Shown piece after piece: positions 19,323 through 29,773 of a stretch of DNA of 64,000 nucleotides; within the stretch, counting starts at the first letter, position 1, and every line of letters begins with the position of its first letter. Origin of the DNA: an uncultured bacterium. Lineage in GTDB: Bacteria > Patescibacteriota > Minisyncoccia > Phycocordibacterales > UBA9973. A program made the translations under genes and the position numbers. The stretch is from contig CAIMAO010000002.1 of NCBI GenBank assembly GCA_903838985.1, positions 1,844-65,843 on the forward strand. The letters run 5' to 3'. Under the pieces are notes generated by a model, which saw only the letters and a list, made by a program, of their open reading frames with translations, searched no databases and was not told the DNA's origin.

Positions 19323-21455
19323 TTAAATATAAATTGTTTTTATTCCACCCTTCTCTCCTTCCTTTTCTATTATATCAACTGGTATGTCTCCAATGAAATC
19401 AGATAGTGCATTTATCTGTCGTGAGCCAAAGATGGTGCGGAAATTTGCAAAAGATAAAAATAATTTTTCTTTTGCGCGAGTGAGCGCAACGTAAAAAAGT
19501 CTTCGTTCTTCTTCTTTGTCTTCACCACTTTTTGCTTCATTTGATTTTTGATGAGGAAAGAGTCCATCTTCGAGTCCTGTGATAAAAACGTATTTAAATT
19601 CCAGACCTTTTGAAGCGTGAACTGTCATAAGCTTTACAGCATTTGTTTCATTTTTTTTATTTTCTGTAATCATTATTGAATCTTGGTCTGAAGCGAGTGA
19701 TGCATCTTCTAAAAGTTTTTCTATGCCCATTCCATTTTCCAAATTGTCATATTTTAAGGCCAAAGTTGCCAATTCCTTAATGTTTTCAAGCCTTTCTAGG
19801 TCTTCTTCCCCACCAGACAAAAGCTCTGTTTCTATGCCAGATTTTTTAACTGTAAATTTTATTACTTCAGACGCTTTTCCATTTTCTATTTTTTCTTTTA
19901 TTTCTTCTAACGTTTTATAAAAATTATCAACTTTGATTCTTACTTTTATTGGTAGACTTTCTTTTTCACCAGCAAAAATTTTTACAAGGGTCACTTTTCC
20001 TATTCCCCTTGTGGGGAAATTTATTATTCTTTTTATATCAGAAAGACTTTCAGGATTAAGTGCAGCACGAAGATACGCGAGTGTATCTTTTATTTCTTTT
20101 CTTTCAAAAAATTTTACACCAAGCACTTGATATGGGATGTTATATCTTAACATTGCTTCTTCTAACGCACGAGATTGAAAATTTGCTCGATACAAAATTG
20201 CTATGTCAGACAAAATATTTTTGGGTTCTTTTGCAAAACTAGTGATGCTTTTTCGAGCTGGTCTGGTTGAGCCCTTCGGACTTAATGAGGGCGACCCGAG
20301 GACCCGAGAAAAAGCATCGCTAGCTTTGCTATCTTGAAGCTCTAAAATTTTTATTGCGACGAAATCTGCTTCATCTCCCTCATCTAGCGCCTCATAGAAA
20401 CCGATTTTCTCCCCTACTCCATTTTTAGTAAACAAATTTTTATCTGGCCTATATTTGTTTTTCTTTATTATTTCATTTGCTGCCTCTAATATGTTTTGTG
20501 TTGATCTATAATTTTCTTCAAGTAAAACTATTTTTGCATTTGGGTAATCTTTTTCAAAACTTAAAATATTTTTTAAGTTTGCCCCACGCCAAGAATATAT
20601 ATTTTGATCCGCATCACCCACGACACAGATATTTTTATTTTTTTCAGAAAGCAAACGTGACATTAAATATTGTACTTCGTTCGTATCCTGATACTCATCA
20701 ATATGAATATATTGCCATTTATCTTGATACATTTCTCTTATTTCCTTGTTTTCCTTTAATAGTTTTGTTGCTTTTAAAAGTAAGTCGTCAAAATCTAATG
20801 AATTTTCTTTCATTTTTTTCTTTTCATAAATACTCCAAACTTGAGCCACTATTTTATTTAGATAGTTTCCACTACCACTTGGGCCATTGGCAATCTCTTC
20901 ATAATCTGCAAGATGTGTAAATTTACCTTTTTCTCGGCTGATTATATTTTTTATTTTTTTAGGATCATACTGTTTTGGGTCAACTCCTATTTCTTTTAAA
21001 GCTTCTTTTATAAGGGTTGTAGAGTCTGACTCATCTAAAATAGTGAAATGTCTAGTCAAACCCAATATTCTCGCATTTTCCTTTATAATATATACTCCCA
21101 ACGAGTGAAAAGTGCTAACAAACGGATGGCTGTTTACTTCGTTGGTAATGCTTTTTTGAATGGTCTGGCCGGGATAGGGACCCGGAGAACCGAGGACCTG
21201 AGAAAAAGCATTACCAACGAAGTTTACTTTTATTGCTTCCCTAATCCTCTCTTGCATTTCCTTTGCTGCTTTGTTTGTGAAAGTCACAGCTAAAATTTTC
21301 TCTGGAGCGACGCCATTTTTTATTAAATTTAGTATTCTATGTGTGATTGTTTTGGTCTTTCCTGCTCCAGCTCCTGCAACGATAAGAAGCGGCCCTTCCA
21401 TATGAATAGCCGCTTCTCTCTGTTTTTCATTTAGTCCTGACAGATGGTCTTCCAT
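19323..21455 (-). CDS. pcrA: ATP-dependent DNA helicase PcrA/UvrD, carrying two in-frame hairpin insertions
   Basis: AGAGAGKT, TFTNKAA, STFHSLG, IDEYQD, VGDADQ.IY.WRGA, LMTVHASKGLEF, EERRLFYVALTRA. Confidence 0.95.
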   Translation of the reverse strand: MEDHLSGLNEKQREAAIHMEGPLLIVAGAGAGKTKTITHRILNLIKNGVAPEKILAVTFTNKAAKEMQERIREAIKVNFVGNAFSQVLGSPGPYPGQTIQKSITNEVNSHPFVSTFHSLGVYIIKENARILGLTRHFTILDESDSTTLIKEALKEIGVDPKQYDPKKIKNIISREKGKFTHLADYEEIANGPSGSGNYLNKIVAQVWSIYEKKKMKENSLDFDDLLLKATKLLKENKEIREMYQDKWQYIHIDEYQDTNEVQYLMSRLLSEKNKNICVVGDADQNIYSWRGANLKNILSFEKDYPNAKIVLLEENYRSTQNILEAANEIIKKNKYRPDKNLFTKNGVGEKIGFYEALDEGDEADFVAIKILELQDSKASDAFSRVLGSPSLSPKGSTRPARKSITSFAKEPKNILSDIAILYRANFQSRALEEAMLRYNIPYQVLGVKFFERKEIKDTLAYLRAALNPESLSDIKRIINFPTRGIGKVTLVKIFAGEKESLPIKVRIKVDNFYKTLEEIKEKIENGKASEVIKFTVKKSGIETELLSGGEEDLERLENIKELATLALKYDNLENGMGIEKLLEDASLASDQDSIMITENKKNETNAVKLMTVHASKGLEFKYVFITGLEDGLFPHQKSNEAKSGEDKEEERRLFYVALTRAKEKLFLSFANFRTIFGSRQINALSDFIGDIPVDIIEKEGEKGGIKTIYI
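20233..20329 (-). repeat. Hairpin element, family C, inside pcrA
   Basis: 22-bp arms 20233-20254/20308-20329 (2 mismatches); core ctcgggtcctcgggtcgccc...gggctcaaccagacca. Confidence 0.88.
21136..21223 (-). repeat. Hairpin element, family C, inside pcrA
   Basis: Perfect 21-bp arms 21136-21156/21203-21223; core ctcaggtcctcgg...ccagaccattc. Confidence 0.9.
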
Positions 21456-21480
21456 CCATCAAATATAACACAGAATTCTT

Positions 21481-24375
21481 TTATAGTATTAAGTTACCTA
21501 ATAGGTTATTTTTTGCTGCGTCTAATAACGCTCTATCTATAAATTCTATATTTGTTTCTCCAAGACTAACAGGTGTTGGAGGTATCGGAGATAATTTTGT
21601 CACTTCTTGTATCTTGGTCATATAATCATATAAAGGTTGATCCATTGGAATTACTGGGTCAACTTTGACATTCTGAGTTAGAAAATCATGAGCATTGCCT
21701 TGATTAAGAACAGAATTAAATTCGTGTGCTGTTTCTATTCTTTCAGCAAAATCTGGGTTTAGTTTATTAAGTTGATCTTGCATAAAAGCTAAGTTGTGAC
21801 TTTGTAGATCATGCACGGCTTGGAGTTTTTCTATTGGTAAGTTATATGAAGCATTAACTTTTGCAATTATTGGATTGTTACTGAGCCATTCTTTATCTGC
21901 TGCATCATATGGTTTTGTTATATTATTATCTATTATTCCAGATTTTATTGATGCTTTTTCTGAAGCAGCATTTACTAACTCACTTTGATTAGCACCACTT
22001 ACATTACCTGTTCCTTTAATGTTTGCATTATCTATCAAGTTTGCATGGTCACTAGTTTCGGGTGTGTTTTCTAAGGCTGATGTGTAATGATGGATAGCTG
22101 GTTTATTATGTGCATATTCATAAACACTATTAAATCCACCAGATCCAGATTGTTTTCCTTCAAACATCTCTTGCACTTTTATATTTCCTGATCCTGGTGA
22201 ATCTGTTTCAAGTACATAAGCAGCGTTACCTTCTGTACCAGGAGCTCCCGTATCTTTCACCCATGTTTCTGTACCATCTGCTTTTATGTAACCATTTTCC
22301 CTTGCAATAATATCAGCTTTATGGCCTGACCATTCGTGAACTGCTGTTTTGTTTGTGAGATCTCCTTTGAATCCAAATTTATCTGGGTGCATTTCAAGTT
22401 GTCTTCTGAAAGCTCCTTCTATTCCTCTCTGGTCAACTGTAGCCGCTTTTAGATCATCTGGGTTCACTGATGGACCAGTTGGTTTTACGGGTTCTATAAT
22501 TCCAGGCCCCTTAGGTCCATTTCCTTCCCCAGGAATAGCTCCTCCACCACCTTTGTGTGGTGTTTCTGGATTCAAAATTCCTCCTCCATGTGGAAAGATT
22601 CCAAGCATGGTTGGGCCAGCAACCCAATCAGTCATCATTTGAGCACCTTTTCCGGCAAGAAGACCTGCTACAACAGTGCCAAGAACGTTGTTCGCTATAA
22701 AGTATTTTTTATTTCTACGAATTTTATCTGCATATTTGTCGCATAATTCAATATTTTTATCAGCAATTTTTTGAAGAATTTTTTCTTTTTCAGTTGGGTC
22801 GGTTTCCCCCCTAGCAAGTTGTAAAAGATGTGTCATTTCTTCAGAATTTAAAGCTTCATTTTGTTGTTCTTGTGTTGTACGTGCGCTATCTTTTTCATAG
22901 GCTCTTCTCGCCAATGGTTGGATAATTTTCTTTGAAATTTGGTATCCCAAGACACCTCCACCAAGACTGCGTATCATCTTATATCCAATAAATGCTGCAC
23001 CACTAGCCGCCGCCGCCACGGCAGCTGGAAGCAAGAAAGCAGTAGTACCTCCTACCATTGCAGCACCCAGAGCCCATTTGGTTCCTCTTCCCATTTTTGC
23101 ATACCCTTGAAAGATCTTACTTTCTATCCCTCTTTTAAAGATATTTTTAACATGATCCCATCCTGTTGGATTTACAGCATGAGAAGTAGAGACCTTTGCA
23201 TCTTGATAACGAATTGATTCTGTTTGTATCATTGAGAGTGCAAAAAGTTCGGCATCTTGAACTTTTTCTTTGAAGTCATCGTGATCACGAAACTGTTCTA
23301 TGTTTTTTAGTTGATTTTCTAGATTTGCAACTTTGAGTTCACGAAGTAGTGGATGATAAGCATTATCTATCAGTCTTATCTCTTTTTCTATGTCTTTAAC
23401 TTGTTGATCATATTTTGCTTTAACTGTAGAAATATCTGCATTTGGGTTGTCTCGTGCATCTTTGTATTCTTGTTTGATTCTAGCTACTCTATCTTTCAAA
23501 GAAAACATCTCATTTCTTTTTCCAGATACGTTTACAGCTGCGGCGATTTCTCTGTCAGAATGTTTTTGTTTTAGTTCAAGAAGCGCTCTTTCTTGAGCCA
23601 CTTTTTGTTCTTCTGGAGTTTTATTAAAATAAGCAGCTGGATTATATTTACAGAAAATTTCTGCAGCATTTAAAAGTTGTTCACGTGAATATTGCTCTTT
23701 ACTTTCTTTAGTTTCATTTTTAACAATTGCGTTTGTTGTAGGAATAGCATTTTTTTGAATACTCTGAACAGGATTTTTTTCTTTTTCTTCTTCTTTAACG
23801 ATAGGCTTTACTTCTTCTTGTTTTTCTTGAGATGGTACTCTTTTTGCCATTTCTTCTTTTATTTCAGCATCACTCAATCCCATCTTTTTAAGTTCTTCTA
23901 TAAGTTTTTCATTTTCCTTACTAAGATTGTTAAGTTTCTCATCAAGAATTCCTAATTCAGCTTTAGTTTCTTTTATCTCTTTCATCACATCTTCTATTTT
24001 TTTTGCTTTAACATCTTCTCCAACATCCTTCTTTTCTGGTGCATCTTTTTTTTTCCAAGCAATATTACCCTCACTTGCTAATTCTTGAGATGTTTTTAGT
24101 TTACCCTGTGATTCGTTTGTTAATTCTAAGCTCTTTTCAAGTTCCATAATTTCTTTTTCAATTAGGCTTTTATCTCCTACATAATCAGTACTTTTAAAAG
24201 ATTTTTCTAATTCAGCAATTCTCTGACGTATATCACTCGTTTTTATGTTTTCCTGTTTTTCTTTATTATCTAATGGTTTGGATCCATAAACAATTCCCTG
24301 TTTGTCTTTGTCTGTTATTTTATAATATTCTGAAAAAGTTTCTATCTTGCCTCCTGTATTTTTTGAGTCTTCCAT
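21481..24375 (-). CDS. Large hypothetical protein: charged coiled-coil N-terminus, central hydrophobic segments, Gly/Pro-rich linker
   Basis: 964-aa ORF, no recognisable catalytic motif. Confidence 0.7.
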   Translation of the reverse strand: MEDSKNTGGKIETFSEYYKITDKDKQGIVYGSKPLDNKEKQENIKTSDIRQRIAELEKSFKSTDYVGDKSLIEKEIMELEKSLELTNESQGKLKTSQELASEGNIAWKKKDAPEKKDVGEDVKAKKIEDVMKEIKETKAELGILDEKLNNLSKENEKLIEELKKMGLSDAEIKEEMAKRVPSQEKQEEVKPIVKEEEKEKNPVQSIQKNAIPTTNAIVKNETKESKEQYSREQLLNAAEIFCKYNPAAYFNKTPEEQKVAQERALLELKQKHSDREIAAAVNVSGKRNEMFSLKDRVARIKQEYKDARDNPNADISTVKAKYDQQVKDIEKEIRLIDNAYHPLLRELKVANLENQLKNIEQFRDHDDFKEKVQDAELFALSMIQTESIRYQDAKVSTSHAVNPTGWDHVKNIFKRGIESKIFQGYAKMGRGTKWALGAAMVGGTTAFLLPAAVAAAASGAAFIGYKMIRSLGGGVLGYQISKKIIQPLARRAYEKDSARTTQEQQNEALNSEEMTHLLQLARGETDPTEKEKILQKIADKNIELCDKYADKIRRNKKYFIANNVLGTVVAGLLAGKGAQMMTDWVAGPTMLGIFPHGGGILNPETPHKGGGGAIPGEGNGPKGPGIIEPVKPTGPSVNPDDLKAATVDQRGIEGAFRRQLEMHPDKFGFKGDLTNKTAVHEWSGHKADIIARENGYIKADGTETWVKDTGAPGTEGNAAYVLETDSPGSGNIKVQEMFEGKQSGSGGFNSVYEYAHNKPAIHHYTSALENTPETSDHANLIDNANIKGTGNVSGANQSELVNAASEKASIKSGIIDNNITKPYDAADKEWLSNNPIIAKVNASYNLPIEKLQAVHDLQSHNLAFMQDQLNKLNPDFAERIETAHEFNSVLNQGNAHDFLTQNVKVDPVIPMDQPLYDYMTKIQEVTKLSPIPPTPVSLGETNIEFIDRALLDAAKNNLLGNLIL

Positions 24376-24391
24376 AAAATTTTATAATTAT

Positions 24392-24700
24392 TTACTTTGC
24401 TAAAAGTAATGATTTATAGGTTGCAACCTCTTCTTTTACGAGGTCTTCATAGTTTGGGATTTCCTTTTTTATAAAGCTTGATATTGCTTCTGTATTTTCT
24501 GGATCATTTTTTAGCATTTCTGAAAGTTCTGTTTGTTTATCGTCACTCAAACTTTCCATTATTCTAATCCAGACACCCCTCGTCGTCACATATGCTGCAT
24601 CGTCTAAGATACTTTGTTTTATTTCTGGTTCAATGTCTTCAAGGCCGAGCTCTTTAAATAAATTCATTCCTAAAAATTTTTCTATTGTTTCTTTGTCCAT
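24392..24700 (-). CDS. Small acidic helical hypothetical protein (DUF5663-like)
   Basis: NLFKELGLEDI...IPNYEDLVKEE pattern. Confidence 0.6.
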   Translation of the reverse strand: MDKETIEKFLGMNLFKELGLEDIEPEIKQSILDDAAYVTTRGVWIRIMESLSDDKQTELSEMLKNDPENTEAISSFIKKEIPNYEDLVKEEVATYKSLLLAK

Positions 24701-24767
24701 GATTTTTATGTTTAAAAGTTAATTTTTAATAATTTTATTATGCTACTTTTATAAAAAATACGCAATT

Positions 24768-25832
24768 TTAGATATTTTTTAAGTCTTTTTCTAATAGATC
24801 TATTTTGTTTGTTAATTTCCCTTTTTCTATATTAATTTTGTTTGTTTCTTCTATGTTTGATCTTAATTTAGCAAGCGTCTCAGCTATCATTTTTTGTCTT
24901 TCTGCCTCGCTTATAACTTCTTTTTTTTCAATTCCACCCATCTTTTCCTCTATTTTTTCTGTTAGGTTTTTTATAGCTTCATCTGTACTTGTTTGTGGGC
25001 TGGTAGTAATTATCTTTTCTTCTTGTTGTGTAGTTGGTGTTTCTTTTTGGGGGATTGTTTCTATGACTTCTTCTGTCTTTTCATTAGAAGAACCACTTAA
25101 TGCTCTTCCTATCATCTCTTTTGCTTCTTCATCGCTTATTGTGTTTTCTGGTTGGACTGGCTGTGAAGTGTTTTCATTTACTTTTTCTTCAACCTTATCT
25201 AGTTGTTTTTCAGCAGCTTCTTCAGTTTTTCTTCCAAAATCCCAATCAGTAGAATCTTGTTCTTTGGGTGTATTTCCGAAATCCCATGAAGTATTTACCC
25301 CTTCTTCATTTTTTGGATTATATGTTTTAGCTTCCTCTTGTTCGTTTTTTTGTTCTGTTTGTGTTTCTTCTCTAGGTGTTTCTGTTTTACTTTCATTAAA
25401 CTTTTTTAATACTTCTTCTAGGTATGGTTTTGCTTTTTCCTCTAACAAAGCGACCCCTTCTTTGTAAGTTAACTTTGATCCCTCTATTGTGTTGAAATCA
25501 AGAGAAGTCACTGTGTATCTATCGTTAGCTTGCAACACCATTTGAAAACCATTTATAGAAAACATCGGAATATATCCAATTGTCTGATTTTTTTCTTCGT
25601 GAACAGGGAAGATAATACCTTTTCTTTTTTCTATTGTTCCAAAAGCATTGTCTATTTCTTCTAATGTGGAATTGTCTATTTCTTTATCAAGAGCATTTTT
25701 TAAAACTCTTTTGTCTACATTTCCAATCAAAAACCATTTGAAAGGGTTTTTCTTCTTATCTAATTCTAGCTGAAGTTTAGCTAGTTGCTCTTTTTTTTGG
25801 TTTATTAATAATGTTGTATTTTCGTTTTCCAT
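24768..25832 (-). CDS. Hypothetical Glu/Lys-rich protein
   Basis: 354-aa ORF with a repeated WDFG motif. Confidence 0.65.
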   Translation of the reverse strand: MENENTTLLINQKKEQLAKLQLELDKKKNPFKWFLIGNVDKRVLKNALDKEIDNSTLEEIDNAFGTIEKRKGIIFPVHEEKNQTIGYIPMFSINGFQMVLQANDRYTVTSLDFNTIEGSKLTYKEGVALLEEKAKPYLEEVLKKFNESKTETPREETQTEQKNEQEEAKTYNPKNEEGVNTSWDFGNTPKEQDSTDWDFGRKTEEAAEKQLDKVEEKVNENTSQPVQPENTISDEEAKEMIGRALSGSSNEKTEEVIETIPQKETPTTQQEEKIITTSPQTSTDEAIKNLTEKIEEKMGGIEKKEVISEAERQKMIAETLAKLRSNIEETNKINIEKGKLTNKIDLLEKDLKNI

Positions 25833-25887
25833 ATTAATCTTTTGTTATTATAAATTATACAATATTTGATAATCTTAAACAAAGCTT

Positions 25888-27978
25888 TTATATTTTTACA
25901 GAATACAAGGCTTGCTCTTTTTGTTCCTTTGATACGTCAAAGTTGTTGAGAATTTGTTCTGCTGCAAGTATTGAAGCTTGTTGATCTCTAGTTAACCTAT
26001 ATGTATCTTGATATGCAAGGGATCCAAGTAACTTACTTGCACTGTCTGTGATCTTAGTTTCTCCAATATCTTTAGCATAGAATTTTTTTTGAATTAGTTT
26101 CTTTATCTGTTCCCAGACTTTATCATCAAGGTCTGTTTTTATTGGAACATTTTTTTCTGTTGGGTGTTTTTTAATATAATTATCACGAATTATTTTATGG
26201 GTTGTAATGTTTTCTAAAGAAATTTTATATTTTTCTATTCTTGGATGAATAAATTCAAGCATGCTTTCAAGTTGTGCAGTGGTAAATTGATGATTATTTC
26301 TTGAATCCCCTTCCATTTCTATGCCAATAGAAAAGTAATTTACTTTATTCTTGTCATTAAAATCACTTTTACCTGCATGCCCTAAAACATAATTATCGTT
26401 ATTAAACAAATGTCTTGTTCCATCTTTTAATATTAAAACATGAGAAGATCTTCCTGTGGTTGTATCTTCAAATTCCTTAATAATTTGATTTGGATCTCCA
26501 TAGTTTCCAGTATGGTGTAAGACTATTACTGATTTTTCATTTACAGCCGGTTTTTTTGTTATAGAGTCCAAGGTATAATTTGGTGTGTAATGTTCAAACT
26601 CCTTGTATTTATTTTTGTATTCATAAGGTGAAATACGTCCATTATTAATGAGGACTAGTGCTATACCACCATCAGGATTACGTCTTAAATGTTCTGCTAT
26701 CTGTTTTTCTGTTAAAATATTATCCTTGTTTTTGTTCCACATTGGAAGATTGTATGATCCATTGTCGAGAAGATATACTGTTATTTCTGTACCCTTATTT
26801 TCTTTTTGTAATCTTTCATATATTTTAAATATATCAGCGAAACTTCCATTTACTTGTAGCTGTTTATTGCCACAAACCATAATTACTTTTCCACCCTCTA
26901 GTGTACCAAAATGAGTGCATTCATTGGGTTTAATTTTTGTTATGTTCTTGTTGTAGGTTACTCCTATTGGGAAAGGTATTTGTTGACCTTTCTCATTTGT
27001 TGTAAGTGGCACCATCCTCATTGCCTGATCATGATAAGCTAGATTGATTGTTCCATCAGGATTTAATTTAAAATTGAGTGGAATTTCATAAGTTTCTGAC
27101 ACAAGCCAATTATCATCAAAATCTTTATAGTGTCCGGCTTTTATTGTTCTTGTTAGCTTGTTGTATCCTATTACTGGTATGTCTCCTATTTTTTCTTGTG
27201 TTCTTTCTGTGTGTCCTTTTAATTCTGTTTTAAAATCAGAGAATTTTTGGAATTTTTTAAATAAATTTGTTGTAATCCCAGCTGCGGAATCAATTTTGGT
27301 GTAGTTTTCTCTGTCATTTATTATTTTAAATTGAGGTGGAGTTTTGTCAGATAAATCAAAAACGGAAGTGCAATAATATCCAGATTTATAATCAATTTTT
27401 TGTTCACCCAAGAAGTCGTAAGTAGTTCTTTCTCCATTTATTATTTCTTTGTATATTGAATCGATTCCTACTATATTAGGATCATCAGTATCTATCTTTT
27501 CAATATGTCTTTCTTTCCAGTTGTTAAACATATCTATATATTTTTGAGGTGTAGCCACATAAGATAAAACTAAAAAAGATGCTACACCAACAGGCAAGTA
27601 AATATATTTAGCCATTTTCTTTTCCAGTTTAGTTTTTGCTTTTTTTATATATTTTTTTAAAAAAAGAACTGAAGGATTATTTTTATTTTCTTTTTCTGGT
27701 ATTTCTTCTATTTTTTCTTCAAATATTTTAGTATTCTCTTCTTCTATATTTTCAATGTTTTCTGATACTAATTCTTCTATATTTTCAATATCTTTTTCTA
27801 TTGTTCCACTGATAATTTCTTTTTGTTCAGCAGCTTTCTGTTTTTCTATCTCTTCAAGTTGAGCTATCTCTTTTATAAGTTCATCCATTTCTTTCTCTAA
27901 TCTTGCAATTTCAATCTCTTCTTCAGTTTTAGCTGAGGACTCTATTGTTCCTAAATTAGGTATATTTTCTTGCTTCAT
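25888..27978 (-). CDS. Membrane-anchored protein with a C-terminal N-acetylmuramoyl-L-alanine amidase (Amidase_2) domain
   Basis: VIVLHHT, SSHVLI..DG, GHAG.S, N.FSIGIEMEG, TTH motifs; acidic N-terminus and one TM. Confidence 0.8.
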   Translation of the reverse strand: MKQENIPNLGTIESSAKTEEEIEIARLEKEMDELIKEIAQLEEIEKQKAAEQKEIISGTIEKDIENIEELVSENIENIEEENTKIFEEKIEEIPEKENKNNPSVLFLKKYIKKAKTKLEKKMAKYIYLPVGVASFLVLSYVATPQKYIDMFNNWKERHIEKIDTDDPNIVGIDSIYKEIINGERTTYDFLGEQKIDYKSGYYCTSVFDLSDKTPPQFKIINDRENYTKIDSAAGITTNLFKKFQKFSDFKTELKGHTERTQEKIGDIPVIGYNKLTRTIKAGHYKDFDDNWLVSETYEIPLNFKLNPDGTINLAYHDQAMRMVPLTTNEKGQQIPFPIGVTYNKNITKIKPNECTHFGTLEGGKVIMVCGNKQLQVNGSFADIFKIYERLQKENKGTEITVYLLDNGSYNLPMWNKNKDNILTEKQIAEHLRRNPDGGIALVLINNGRISPYEYKNKYKEFEHYTPNYTLDSITKKPAVNEKSVIVLHHTGNYGDPNQIIKEFEDTTTGRSSHVLILKDGTRHLFNNDNYVLGHAGKSDFNDKNKVNYFSIGIEMEGDSRNNHQFTTAQLESMLEFIHPRIEKYKISLENITTHKIIRDNYIKKHPTEKNVPIKTDLDDKVWEQIKKLIQKKFYAKDIGETKITDSASKLLGSLAYQDTYRLTRDQQASILAAEQILNNFDVSKEQKEQALYSVKI

Positions 27979-28051
27979 GTTGTTTTTTATTATAAAACCT
28001 CTAGCTTTTAATTCCTAATTTTTAGGTGGAAATTAAGGAAAATACCTACAT

Positions 28052-28079
28052 ATTATATAATCTTTAAAGCATTTGTCAA
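28052..28079 (-). promoter_or_regulatory. Sigma70-type promoter for the amidase gene
   Basis: TTGACA-16 bp-TATAAT on the minus strand, about 75 bp upstream of the start codon. Confidence 0.55.
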
Positions 28080-28351
28080 CTTAGTTTTCCACACTTAAGG
28101 TGGACTTGAGCCATGAAGTGAGCTACCCTTAATATAGTGCTGAACAGAAGTATGGAATAAACTGGCTGATTTACAGAAAAGATAGTAACCATCGTGAGAA
28201 CCTTATCCGCTATATTGCGGTACAGTACAATTTAGGTCGTCCTGTGTTTCACCCTTATTTTAAAAGGGTAAAAAAGGAAATCTCTCGATAATTAATTTGT
28301 TTTATAAAACCTCAATTTAAAATATTCAGTTCTATTCTGACGTTTTCCCTA

Positions 28352-29422
28352 TTGTCTGGGGCGTTTTTTGCGCCTCTGACCACCAACGCTAGTTTCTTGT
28401 CTTCTATCCTAGGGACGGATGCATCGGCAAGTAATGTCGACTCTCTAAACTCTACTCAATCTCTTAAAAACTCTCAAAACATGGCACTCCTGCAAGCAGA
28501 CGTTTCCCCTATTTCTGCCTCAGATGATAAAAGTAAAGATGGTGATGTTAGTGATGATTCCGACATTAATATTTTATCTGAAAACGCTCTTCTCCCTTCT
28601 ACTAGTCATAAGAGTGTTGGAGATGATACTGATGCTGGAGACTCCTATTCTGATCAAATAAGTGTTTATGTGATAAGAAAAGGCGACTCCATTACACAAA
28701 TAGCTGATATGTTTGGTGTTTCTACAAAAACAATTCTAGCAGCTAACAATATGAAAAAGGGTGACAAGCTTGTAGAGGGCAATGTGCTCTTTATTTTGCC
28801 TGTTTCTGGTCTAGAACATACCATAACCAAAGGACAAACCTTGAAAAGTATAGCTAAAATATACAAAATAGATGCCATAGATATAGCTCAATTTAACGGC
28901 ATTACTGAAGATACAAAGCTTGTTGTTGGAGATAAAATATTGATTCCAGGTGCTGATATGATAGATGAAGGTGGTGATAAACCAGCTTCAAACTTAAGTA
29001 GTGCTGCGGCTAAAGATAAAAACTATTACGATACACACAAAGTTAGAAGTCTCTCTGGTTACTTTATAAATCCAGTTCCTACTGGTCGCAAGACTCAAGG
29101 TTTGCATGGTCCAGGACATCGTGGTATAGATATCGGAGCACCGACAGGCACACCTATTTATGCTTCTGCTGGTGGAACGGTTATTCTTGCAAACACAGGC
29201 TGGAGTGGAGGTTATGGAAATATGGCTATAATCCAGCACGCAAATGGTACAAAGACACTCTATGGTCATATGTCTAAACTTGCTACATACACAGGAGATA
29301 CTGTTAAACAAGGTGAAGTAATAGGTTATGTGGGTTCTACAGGCCATTCCACCGGGCCACACTTACACTTTGAAGTATTCAATGCTAAAAACCCAGGCTC
29401 TGATTGGTCTTGGGCAAACTAA
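28352..29422 (+). CDS. LysM-domain M23 family peptidase (true start may lie upstream)
   Basis: Two LysM repeats (YVIRKGDSI, HTITKGQTL); HRGIDIG, YGHM and GPHLHFEV M23 motifs. Confidence 0.92.
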   Translation: MSGAFFAPLTTNASFLSSILGTDASASNVDSLNSTQSLKNSQNMALLQADVSPISASDDKSKDGDVSDDSDINILSENALLPSTSHKSVGDDTDAGDSYSDQISVYVIRKGDSITQIADMFGVSTKTILAANNMKKGDKLVEGNVLFILPVSGLEHTITKGQTLKSIAKIYKIDAIDIAQFNGITEDTKLVVGDKILIPGADMIDEGGDKPASNLSSAAAKDKNYYDTHKVRSLSGYFINPVPTGRKTQGLHGPGHRGIDIGAPTGTPIYASAGGTVILANTGWSGGYGNMAIIQHANGTKTLYGHMSKLATYTGDTVKQGEVIGYVGSTGHSTGPHLHFEVFNAKNPGSDWSWAN

Positions 29423-29424
29423 AA

Positions 29425-29513
29425 AAACAAAAAGCACAAAATTTTTCGTCCTGCGCCCTTCCCGGATTACCGGGTGGGACCCTCGGACAGAAAAAATTTT
29501 GTGCTTTTTGTTT
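29425..29513 (+). repeat. Hairpin element, family B, intergenic
   Basis: Perfect 22-bp arms 29425-29446/29492-29513 immediately after the M23 stop; core matches the rsmA insertion. Confidence 0.9.
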
Positions 29514-29672
29514 ATAATTTTCTCCTAAAAACTAGAGCTTAGTTAAATAAAAGAGAGCACGACCTTGACTTATGTCTATCAAGGAAAGGAGAGAGATTTG
29601 TACTCTCTCCTATTTATACCAAGAATAACTCTTGATAATTTTTAAGCTCTAGTTTTTAAAAGAAAATAATTT

Positions 29673-29773
29673 CTCGCAATAGCCCAACAAAATTAATTTT
29701 GTTGGGCTAACAACGAGGTCAAACAGATTTTATTTGTTTGACCAGTATTTATGTTAACCCTAACCCGTTGTGC
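29673..29773 (-). repeat. Structured non-coding repeat R1, copy 1
   Basis: 65 bp (29709-29773) identical to 31057-31121, plus shared ctcgcaat flanking a copy-specific hairpin. Confidence 0.88.

Noticed and set aside
24805-25467. 220-aa plus-strand ORF and the many similar antisense ORFs in the track
   Set aside because: Ser/Phe-rich shadows of Glu/Lys-rich genes on the opposite strand.
28135-28230. Possible c-di-AMP (ydaO) riboswitch upstream of the LysM-M23 gene
   Set aside because: Only gctgaa matches; the other conserved blocks are not evident.
29328-29528. 66-aa ORF containing LRPSRITGWDPR
   Set aside because: It is a read-through of the family B repeat overlapping the M23 gene end, not an independent gene.
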